A stretch of 62,585 nucleotides of DNA, the filler included, from Jimgerdemannia flammicorona (lineage: Eukaryota), in the NCBI GenBank assembly GCA_003990765.1. It is 2 parts of 2 records of this genome, joined end to end, with 100 filler letters (N's around TTAATTAATTAA, not from the genome) between each part and the next. Parts side by side here need not be neighbours in the genome. Positions count along the whole stretch, not along the records: positions 31,360 to 62,585 come from RBNJ01000407.1; 1 more part is not named here. One strand, 5' to 3'. The notes under the pieces were generated by a model. The model was not told where the DNA came from, searched no databases, and saw only the letters and a program-made list of their open reading frames with translations. Positions 52,571 through 62,585 of this stretch are shown here, piece after piece (the first letter of the stretch is position 1; each line of letters begins with the position of its first letter). A program made the translations under genes and the position numbers.

Positions 52571-53438
52571 CTGTGGTGGCATCATTGAGTGGTGGTGATG
52601 AATCTGCTGGTGGTGCTGCTGCGGGTGCTGCTGCTGCTGTTGCTGCGGGATGGTCTGCATTGCGTGAATTGAGGGGGAGAGGTCGTAATCAGCCAGGGCC
52701 GGAAACTGGAGCGCCGGCTCAGGCCAACCCCTGACGTCAGTACGTACCGGAACCATGTACATAGGAGGCTGCTGCTGTGAGGTGTACATATCATAGCCGT
52801 TCGGAGCCATGCTCATCGGGGGTATCTGCGAGCCCATCTGCGCGGTCATAGGGTAAGTGCGAGACCCGTAACTCACCACGGGGATCTGCTGTCTTTGCTG
52901 CTCTGACTCGTAGTCAGCTGCCGGCGGGGGCGTATTGTCGTCGTCGTTATCCTTCTCCGGGTCCGCCGCCGAATTAATGAACTGTGATGAAGTTCAATCG
53001 ATCGATCAATACATGCAACATAGCAACAGATTGATCACAAAGGTTCCGAGGCACATGAAGAATATTTACATCATGATTGCTCCGGCTTTCGTGCGGTTCA
53101 TTATACTCGGTGTATTTCAACAGAATTTTGTCCATATCTGTGCTCGCGTACTGGACGAGTTTGTTGTTGGAGTTGAAGATGATGAGCGCGATCTCGCAGT
53201 CGCAAAGAACGCTGAGTTCATACGCCTTCTTCATCAGACCGAATTTTCGCTTCAGGAAGGTAACCTATAAGAAACAGAACAAACAGAACAGCGAAGCCGA
53301 TAGGCGGAAGGGGGTCAAAATCGCCCTGATGTGGAAGACTAGGAATCGGAAGGGGTGCTCTTGCAAAAAGAGCTGGATATTTACCTGACGGTTACGCTCG
53401 TCCACAATGGTTTGAATTTTTATCTTCTTGCGGCCCAT
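51747..53438 (-). CDS. MEF2-type (Rlm1/RlmA-like) MADS-box transcription factor with polyQ tracts, 4 exons
   Basis: Exons 53438-53385, 53264-53070, 52981-52178, 52061-51747. [18 protein letters not shown]^[63 protein letters not shown] is a MADS+MEF2 domain; C-terminal [23 protein letters not shown] motif. Confidence 0.95.
52236..52645 (-). repeat. CAG/CAA microsatellites encoding polyglutamine in the MADS-box gene
   Basis: (CTG/TTG)n runs at about 52236-52320, 52518-52572 and 52612-52645. Confidence 0.95.
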
Positions 53439-56400
53439 GGTTGTATATGTGGGTTGGACTTAGATCTGCGATGGTTGGCGCGTAAAAAAAAAAGAGCGAA
53501 CTATCTTAGGATGGTCGCTGTCGCAGTAACATAGGATGGAGTACGGGCAGGTGTAGAGTCTAGGGTATGGGTTCGGAGGAGAATATACTCCATTGCTGCG
53601 GCAGACCCGACTCGGGGTCATATGAGGGCGGTTCTATTTGGATAAATAAAGCAAAACAAGACGCACCTTGGCGAGGCTCAGCGAGTAGGGAGGAGGGAGG
53701 GTGCGGGAGTGTTTGCGGGGCTCCTATTAATATCAAGGGGGTGGAAGGTGTTCTGGACTGTCTTGAGGCTTTTCTTGAGGATGTGAGTTTTTTCTTTTTT
53801 TAGGGGAAGAGATGCTACGGGGTAAGAATAGTCCGCAGACCTCCTATTTTACACGGCGACGCTGCAACGGGGGTCCCATGTTTCGGGGTGCGTTTTTCTA
53901 TATCGGCCCTGCCCTCGCCCTCGCCATTGGCTGTCAATCAAAGCTAAATGCGGCCTTATCGGCCTTCGCCCAATCACCTCCATCTCGTTCCACTTATAGG
54001 CTGCCAACAACTTTCTCCCATCCCTCCCGCCCATTAGGCAACCGCTATGCCTTATTGGGTCCCCTTGAGCCTTGGCGGAAGTCACCTGATGATGACCCCT
54101 TACCACAAGAACCGCGGCTAGGAAAAAAAACCTTTTTGGCCCGCCCCCCGCGCCTCCTTCCCCCCCAATCATTTTCGGTATCTTCCACTGGACCGTGCAC
54201 GCCATCTGCGGCCTTGGTCGGCATGCAGGGCGGGCGTTTCCAGGTGTTACTGGAATTCTTGTGTGATACACGAATCCGTGTATTTTTGGAGGACTACAAT
54301 TCCGTGAGACGGAGATGGCCCGCTCGAAATGGGTTCGAGATTCGCTCCTTCGGAACATATACGAACATATAATATTGTACTTGGTAGTTATATTATTGGG
54401 AAATTGGGAAATTGGATCGGCGGAGAATGAAAGCCCCAACTAGCACAGTAGTCGTTCATGTCAAATCCACATAAATTCTGTGCCGCGAATCTATGGATGG
54501 GAAACGACAAAAATTATACATTCGCAACAGTCCTCATTTTAGGCAGTTTTGTCTAATTCCTGATGGTGTAAACGTAGAAATTTCTTATTAAGGGTCTAGA
54601 AATCGCATTGAAACCGGTGATGTGTATGAAACACACCGTCATTGTCGACTTCAAAGCGCATGTGGTCTCGACCACGCGCTATTAGGCTCTGCATGGAAAA
54701 CCCTAAGGGCAATGGGACTCAACTCTGGAGGCACGACAGACAAGCCATTAAGGTGCACGTTTCGAGTCGGGGCTAGATTGGTGCGTGAGTGCGACCGACA
54801 AGTGTAGTAGGTAGGTAGGTAAGTAAAAAAAAAAAAAAGATAGGTAGGTAAGTAGGTAGTCGTGGGGATAGATGAAATGATCGGCTTACTCCACAGTATG
54901 GCTCATTCAAGACCCTGAGTTATTTCGAGCTAAACGAAAACTCGGACACCCCGTCGCCCCGCGCCCCTGCCCTAACACCCGAACTCTCGGGTTTTCCGTG
55001 CAGAATAGCAGTCAAAAACAAACAAAAAACACGGGACTGCACTGACTAATCCATAAAGACAAAAACCAAAGGGTGGTTGTCAATTCGGCTTACCCTCCCC
55101 CCACCTTGCGATGTTGCAATGTGTGCGACGCCAATAGTCTTAAAAGGAGTAACCGTCTGTGGCAAGCGTAGAATCACGTGACCAGAAAGAGCAATCTGCT
55201 GGTATGAATAAAAGCAAGAAGGATACAGTGCTTTCTAGTACACTTCGGCACTCGATATAGCCTAACAAGAGATATGACCAAGGCTGTGCGAGTCGTGTTC
55301 GGGCTCTTCGAGGTTTTGGTTCGACTTTTTATATTTCGGGGAAATTCGAATCAAGCCAGTCATGACCCACGAGTATTAGCGCGTTCTCGCCGCTGGCAAG
55401 GCATGCAAGTGAAAAGCTAATTCGCCTTTTTGCGCTCCGGACCGAATCTTGTATCCCCGCGAGGATGAGCACTCGGATTCACCAAAGTAGCTTACTTTGG
55501 TATCTTACAAACCGTGTTGGGACCTGGAGAGGAGGGCATGCAGTTTTTTTTTTTAAACGAAACGGGCTGAAGCACGTTTCAGTTCAAGAGGCCCTATACC
55601 AAATGTAAATTCTGCATGTCATCAGAATCTGATAAACAATCAAAAAAAGTCAACCATCTCGTTGTTTCGATTGAGGTCCAAATCGCACGACAGCAACCAC
55701 GCTATACACTTGGTCATTTCGAGTTACTATAATAGGGCAAATTCCGCGAGTACTCTCAGTGACCTTGCAGGTCACAAGTTTTGAATATCTCCCTTCCCTG
55801 CAAAGCCCCTTTTAAAGCATTGGTAAGCAACGATAGGATAAATAGAAGGAAGAGCAATTCCGAGCCTCTAGCATTCCAGTAGTAATGTGGTGTGTAATTT
55901 CCTTGTGTACCGAATAACCCAATTCGGCAGACCCGTGTGGCAGTGCCGACTCTAGTCATTCTTGCTCAATGCATTCATGAAACAATTCAAGGTAGGCTCA
56001 GCATGACGCAATGTTTTACAAGTATTCCTGCCAAGCTAGGTTTCGGTGAAGAAGATGGGCCGATGCGAGAGCCAGAAAAGGAAAATGCCAAAATCAAAGC
56101 CTTCAGGTTTGTGACATGCATCTGGAAATAGCTTTCCAGTGCCCGCGAAATTTTATGACTGCTATGGACTCTTGGTTGTCAAAGCCACGTGGAAAGATAA
56201 ACGCCATCCCAAGGGAGTCTCAATGAAATGGGGATTAGGTAGGTGGCTGCTGTTATTCCCATTTTCGGTTGACTAGCTCAATCAAAATGGCAAATTTCCA
56301 CCTTTATGAAAGTTGTGTGGTGTACCTTCGCATTCCATGCTAGAACTTCTTCCCCTAATGAATGATTACATAACCCATACTTTACTCAGCATATACAGTC

Positions 56401-56662
56401 AGATCGCACAATTGCTCAAAGCGCACTATGTGCGTAAGCCAGCCACAACGAGTCACGAACCAGCCACACCGCCATGAAAGCCAAATATTATTCCGGTTCT
56501 ACAAGAATTGGGCCATTGATTGATTATCGTGAACCTTTTGTGCACTCTACGGGAGCTCAGACCAATGCGGATTACAAATTGACATCTAGGCCTAGATATT
56601 ATACGGGCACAACCAAATTTGTCGTACATACCAATCTAATCGCTCTCCTCATAGTCGTATCC

Positions 56663-57158
56663 CTAATGCGTTGGATATTTCTCTTTCTGGCCCTTCTCGG
56701 CAATGAGGTCCTCTTCGATGCCGTCCCTGCCTTCCTCCTTCGCCCGCTGCTCGGCCTCCTCGTCCATCTCCTCGTAGTTCAGCTCGTCCCTGACGGCCTG
56801 CTCCGAGATGCGAAGGGGCTTTCCAGTGCGTTTCTTATGGATCTCGGAGGCCTTACGGGCCGACTCGAGGCGCGCTTCCATGCTACGGTCCTGTAAAGCG
56901 GGGTTGCAGAGTTAGGCGGGGGGTGATATTGAACGTAGAGGGACAAGAAGCAAAAAGGTTTCATGCTCACACCGCGGTGGCTCGCGGCGATGAGCGCACG
57001 CTCCTGATTCTCTGTTATCGACAGATCGAGAATAACCGGGAGAGAAGCGAATTGGAATTAAACCTATACCAGATCATGGTGGGTCCCGTAGGCCGTAATT
57101 GTTAAACCCTGGAGTGAAAGTCGTCACGGCTGGAACAGCCATGTTATTATACCTTCAT
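56663..57158 (-). CDS. Small conserved fungal protein of unknown function (about 100 aa; 5' exons tentative)
   Basis: Spliced core ERALIAASHRG^DRSMEARLESARKASEIHKKRTGKPLRISEQAVRDELNYEEMDEE resembles, from memory, a conserved fungal hypothetical motif (ERAYIAASRRSDRSLEAR.ESAR.AS.IHK.RTG). Tentative exons 57158-57153, 57108-57070, 57003-56971, 56890-56663. Confidence 0.7.
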
Positions 57159-57469
57159 GTGTACGTTCCTCGTTTCTCTTATGCAGTGTGGTCATCGTTA
57201 TTGTTGTGAATTGGATGGTTGCTCTAAAATGCGAAACATACAAAGACTAGTTCAAGCGGTGGATCTTGCAAGCCATGTGTTTGAAACATCAGGCAGCCTT
57301 GTGATCATTTAACGTCATACGCTGCATCTCTCTGACGTCGAGCGACTGTATAAAACTGACTCTAAAAAGAAAATATTACATCATACTTTAATCCAACAGT
57401 TGCATACACATAAGAGAAATGTATTGCGTCAGAAACTAGTGTCCTCGGTGGCTGAGCCGTATACGCATA

Positions 57470-58726
57470 ATGGTCACTGACGACGACGAGTCCACCAACC
57501 GCCAGCTCCAAGAGGATGAGTGTCTGGCCCTGGCTTCCATCTTCGGCGACTCAGCTTTCGTGCCGGACACGACTCACCCACACGCTCACGTCCTGACGCT
57601 GGACCTGGACGAGACACAGGACGCGCCGCGGTCGCCGCGGACGCTCCACGTGCGGTTTCACTTTCCGCCAACCTACCCGTCGCGTGATCCACCCGTGCAC
57701 GAAATCACTTCCGTGTACTGCGGCACAATGCGGGTGACGGACGAGATGAGGCGCGCGGTCGACGCTGGGTTCCGTGAGCGGTTCGTACTGGGCGAGGTCA
57801 TTGTGTTCGAGTGGGCAGGGTGGTTACGCGAGTACCTTGAGGAGAGGTTCGCAGAGGAGGCTCATGCGAATGCGGATAGGCTTGGCGACGACGTGGCGGA
57901 ACATGAGGTGGATGAAAATGTGGAGGAGGCAGATAAGGAGGTTAGCCTGCTTTCGACGCAGGAAACCGCAGAGTTGACGAGTGGGCAAGGGGAGGACGCG
58001 GCAGCGCCGCCCATCGCTCATGGAGAGCCGTTGGTCGATCGGAGGTCGATATTCGTAGCGCATGCGGCGCCTGTGGCGAGCCTGGCAGAGGTGCAGGTGG
58101 GTCCTTATGTGGGAGCTCGAGCTGGGGACGATTGAAACGTATGCGACATCATCCTCAACCTTTGTTTGACGTAGGCTGTGATACGTGTGCTTTATGACAA
58201 CAAGCGGATCGCACGAGCGACGCACAACATCCGCGCGTACCGGATCGTGCAGTCGGACGGGCGGGTGTTACAGGATAACGATGATGATGGGGAAACGGCG
58301 GCAGGGAGTGGGTTTTTAAAACATTTCCTTTTCAACATAGTTCGATTTTTTGTGTGCATATGGGTCATTCGTGGCTTTGATCTGTCCGGATTTACCTAGG
58401 CCGGCTCCTGCACCTGATGCAAATCCTCGATGTCAAGAATGTGCTGGTGGTCGTGACGCGGTGGTATGGCGGTAAGTAATCGCGTTGTCCTTCCCCAGAT
58501 TCCGGCGGTTTGATTGCTCTCATATTCGTACGCTCATAGATCTACGTCAATCCCACACTCTTCGCGGGTCTCAGGCATCCAATTAGGCGCGGATCGGTTT
58601 AAGCACATCAACAATGTCGCGCGACAGGTGCTAGAGGAGAATGGCTACTTGGCAGAGGAGGGTGGAAAGAAGAGCGTAGTGGGAAAGAAAGGAGAGACGA
58701 CCAAGAACAAGAAGGGGAAGAGGTAA
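57470..58726 (+). CDS. YIH1: IMPACT/Yih1 (RWD domain plus UPF0029 domain; Gcn2 inhibitor family), 4 exons
   Basis: Exons 57470-58096, 58175-58307, 58400-58471, 58575-58726. RWD motifs QEDECLALASIFG and FPPTYPS; UPF0029 motifs DRRSIFVAH, ATHNIRAYRI, DDDGETAAG, VVVTRWYGGIQLGADRFKHINN. Confidence 0.95.
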
Positions 58727-59107
58727 TGGTAATAGGCAGATTCCAAAGAGCGAAAACCGGACATTTGGATAGAAAATTTATGTTCGACGATGTATCAACA
58801 TGCCCTCATTGTTGGCGGAATACTGTCGTATTTGTTCGTTGATTGACGTCTATGTGATCAAGCAACGTGTGAGAGACTTAGAGAATATGAAACGCACTAG
58901 TATGTACAAACCGTGAATAGAACGCAAACTGCAATGTTCATTACGGACCATGGAACTACTCCAGGTTTTGTGGCTCTTTTTGGTTCGAAAGTTCCATTTG
59001 CAATGGCATCCTTATCGAGCTGCCGCCCAAATACCATACCTCTCCCTAACACTACCATGTTTGCGGGCAATGTTTCTCTCGAAATACCATCCATACCCAA
59101 CCACTAC

Positions 59108-59922
59108 CTACTCCGGCTTCTTGAAAGCCCATCTGTCCGCGTCCTCCTGCACCTTGGACTGCTTATTTGTCCGTGGCCCCGAGCCGTCGTCCTCCTTAGG
59201 GTACCTTCGCTTCTTGGCAGGCTGCGCCGACTGCGGTCTCGTCATTACACTGCTTGCCGAGATGCCTGATTTGTTGGCAAAGTGCCTCATGTCGTCCTCG
59301 TCAACGTTTGGTCGCTCCTGGGCCTCGCGGGTAGGCGAAGCGGCTTCGTCAAGTTTTTTCTGTGTGAATTAATGCATGCGATAGGGAATTGGCGTTCATT
59401 CGCATATGTGTGTATATGAAAGTGGGGGAGGAAATGTAAAATGTACTGAGAGAGGTGGCATAGACGAAGGGAAAGAACAGGTACCTCGATCTCGGGGTTG
59501 AAGTTTCCGAACGACCTGCGGCCAACAGTGGCTTTGTACTCGAATGCCATATAGCTGGACTCATATTCGACCTGCAATTTTCTGTAGAAGTTCGGGTACG
59601 CAAGATAAGTAACAATTGCTTATCGGCGAGGGGCTCCCTTCCCCTTAAAAGAAATGGGTAAACAAGCTTACGGTTTTTCAATTTCGGCGCCCTCATACTC
59701 AATGACCCACTGTGCCTCGGTAATGACCCTCTGTTGCTCTTGCTCGCGTTTCTGGTTCAACTCTCGCTCTTGCTGGCGTTTCATGAACTGCAGCACGAAA
59801 TATCTCTGGTGAGCGAAAGACGGTCCAAAGTATGTGGCCGCTCAAGCGAAGGAAAGAAAGCGGTTGGTTACCTTCATGGCCATAAGTTTAGAGGAGAGGT
59901 TCTTCTTGTGTATGTCGGACAT
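59108..59922 (-). CDS. MPP6: M-phase phosphoprotein 6 family (nuclear exosome cofactor), 4 exons
   Basis: MSDIHKKNLSSKLMAMK^FMKRQ, then GRRSFGNFNPEIE and a C-terminal FKKP; these are hallmark MPP6 motifs. Confidence 0.85.
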
Positions 59923-60091
59923 GTCTGGTCTGCGAGAGCTCGAGGACAGAGAGATGAAAGGCAGTCCCCCTGATGTTTATATTTCTTGGGCAGATTTAAA
60001 CGACTGACGTCACAATCTCGACTTCCGTCCAACCAGTTATACGGACCACCGACCTCTCCTTGTGTCTTTCTCCAACCGGTTGCAGGGCAAC

Positions 60092-62556
60092 ATGGACGCA
60101 GAAACACACCCACGGACATCAGAAAATCTGTTCAACGAGGCTCTCGCCGAGGTGCTGGTCCCGAATTTGGGAAAGCTGGACGGGAGTGTTCAGTGCGACA
60201 CAATACTCTCCTCAAGTCAAAGGGAATACACGTTTTACGGTACGACCCTGTTATTCACCGCCAACTCGAATCCCAACCTGGACACCCAACTCACCCACCC
60301 CTTCGCCTTCCACTGACGTGCAGATGAACAAATTCGTACTTATGTGCACGTGCGTCTCCCCAAGGAAACGCCCGGGGAAGGCACTGAACCCACCATAACC
60401 CTTGCCGTTGCTGAGACCTTCTTTGCCCAACTCGATATCCACATCGAGGCCGCCATGGCCGATAGCGCGACATTGACATACAACCCCCCGCAGCAGACGC
60501 CAGCCGGGTACCGACTCCCCTCGCGACCGAACTCGTCAGCGCCGACGTCTCCCCGGCCAGCCTCAGCTCAGCTGCACAAACGCGATAGTCCCAAAGGGCC
60601 GCTGGAGAATGTACCGTTCTACGCACACACTTACAACCCGAAAACGAAGGACAGTGAGCCAATGGTATTTCAGCGAGAGGGGTCGTGGAGTTGCTTGTAC
60701 CCGCTGATGGTGCCTGTTGGTAAGGAGATCCGAGAGCAGTTACTTGCGATTGACAGGCATTGGGGGCATTGGAGGGCATTGGGGGACGGGCATCGTTCGT
60801 CAACATGTGCATTTTGTGATTGAGAAGCAATGCTGCAATTTGGAAGACTAATGCGCATACTGGTTGTCTGCTCTCACAGTCTACGTCAAAACGAAAATCT
60901 CGTCACCGGCACTACTATTGACGGCCAATGTGTCATACCGACCTGCACCTGTAGGCGCTACCAACAACGCTGGCTCGTTAGCCCCAGACGGCTCGAATGA
61001 GTATGACACTGATGGGTTTGACACTATCAATCTTCTGGAGGGATTGAAGGATGGTAAGGCAGACAAGGTTACACAATCCAATGCCGCGCAATAACCGTAT
61101 TCGGAACTCATACCATCCGCGAAACTCACCCGCAACCACGTTTCGCAGACCCTGCCTTCATCCTTGCCGCCACTGCTACTCTCCCTGCCCAACGGCTCCC
61201 GACCGACTTCCGCTCGCGGCAGCAGCGCAGTTCCGACTTCCAACTCCCGCAGTTATCTGCGACCTCAACACAGCTACTGACGCAGCGCCGCAGCGTCCGT
61301 CGCTTCCTCCCCGTACGGTCAGCCCTGAACGTCAAGATGCGCACTACGAACGTCTCCATCATCGACCGCGTGCTCATGATGTCCGTGGAGCTCGAGAACG
61401 ACGACGCGGGGTGCCCATTCTTGATCGAGAGTCTGGACGTGCAGGTGACGAATGCGGTCGTGGCATCAGCGTTGGCGGGAAAGCCAGGTTCGGTATGTGT
61501 ATGTATGAGTTGGAATTGCGGTATTACTCGTAGGCTTGGGTGGGACGCCTTATGGATCGGCATTGCTCATTGAAAAGTGCTCCGTCATAACCGCCTTATA
61601 ACCGCGAACAGGAGCAGCTCCCGGCGCGACTCAAAAACTCGGATCAAATCATCTTCCTTTACAACATCACCCTCCTTGAAGACGGCTCGTCGGGCAAGCC
61701 TCCCCCCCCACCAAACCCCCCAGGTCGCGGCCAAACCCGCCGTTCCCAGCAGACTCAATCCTCCCAGCCACAGGCCAACCCAGATACCGATCGCGTGGGG
61801 CCGCAGCGGGTGTCGATCGTTGTCCACGGTGCACCCGAGATCGACGGCGTTATTGCTCCATCGATGCAGTCCAAGTGGAACACTACGCTCGAGATAACGG
61901 GTTTGCGCAACCGCGAGCACAAGGAACCCCCGCTTCCTGACCCACGCCTGACCGCCGTCTACGCCGCTTCCTCCCAGCAGATGGCCAGCATCTCGTCGAA
62001 GCTCTCCACGCCCAGGCCCATGAGCGTGCCCGTCTCGCCCGGCGCGGGCATTAGGTCCCTGGGCAGCCCGACGCAGCTGGCAGGGGCGGATGCGATAGCG
62101 AAGAAGAGGCAGGTTATGAGCATGCCGCCCACGTTGGTTAGGGACGGGATCCATGGGGCGAGGAGGGCGCCGGAGATGGAGGTCGCGGATGGGATCGTGG
62201 TTTCTTTCACGGGTGAGTGTGAGGCTCTGATTATGCCTGTGGCTGGCACGTACATGAGGAAATACACGTGTATCGCAAAAATGGCTCACCATATATTCTC
62301 TTCCTATCTACTCTAAACCCCATATTATGCACCCCCGTCATACAGTCTCAACCCCAGTTATTGTCGGCCGAATCTTCACCCTCCACATTTTCATCGTCAA
62401 TCGCACCAAGCATACCCGCCGTTTCATGGTAGTCGTCCCAAACCGCAAGCGGGCTAATCCAGACACAATGGGCACTGTCCCGGGGGGCATCATGAAGACT
62501 ACTTTGCCACCATTGCCGTTGACGGGTGAGGTGGAACCGTTCATGGAGGAAACAGG
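60092..62556 (+). CDS. Probable TRAPP II subunit Trs65-like protein, multi-exon, continues past the window end
   Basis: Coherent spliced ORFs from MDAETHPRTSENLFNEALAEVLVP..REYTFY through MRTTNVSIIDRVLMMSVELEND, DQIIFLYNITLLE, VSIVVHGAP..MQSKWNTTL, GIVVSFT and FTLHIFIVNR. Family assignment is from motif recall only. Confidence 0.65.
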
Positions 62557-62585
62557 TGAGCAATCTTTTTTTTTTTTTTTTTTTT

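Noticed and set aside
52174..52794. Poly-Leu, poly-Ala and poly-Ser ORFs
   Set aside because: Alternative frames of the CAG/CAA repeats in the MADS-box gene.
53812..54439. Overlapping 186-aa (+) and 196-aa (-) ORFs
   Set aside because: No recognisable domain; composition typical of chance ORFs in GC-rich promoter sequence.

Overview
Eukaryotic, intron-rich fungal DNA. It is probably an early-diverging Mucoromycota-type genome, inferred from the HxDxHSGN tyrosine-kinase-like kinases, short GT-AG introns and gene set. About 1-23,000 and 30,000-50,600 are AT-rich, CpG-poor blocks of nested, decayed transposons: four Ty3/Gypsy copies from three families (A, B, C), all carrying dUTPase; the 3' end of another LTR element; two copies of a 2-kb ORF-containing LTR-like element (D); LINE fragments; a hAT remnant; and a fold-back element. 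Between these blocks sits a GC-normal island (about 23,050-30,000) with a 20-exon gene of about 1,190 aa. It encodes 13 RNI-type LRRs, each on its own phase-1 exon inside a tandemly duplicated exon+intron unit, followed by a pseudokinase and an intact kinase, so it looks like a diversifying immune-type receptor. From about 50,650 the sequence is ordinary gene space: a MEF2/Rlm1-type MADS-box gene, a small conserved fungal protein, IMPACT/Yih1, MPP6 and a probable Trs65 (truncated by the window end). The main novelty candidates are the LRR-exon-array tandem kinase, an uncharacterised ORF that appears homologous across four LTR-element families, and RIP-like C-to-T decay that spares the LRR array.
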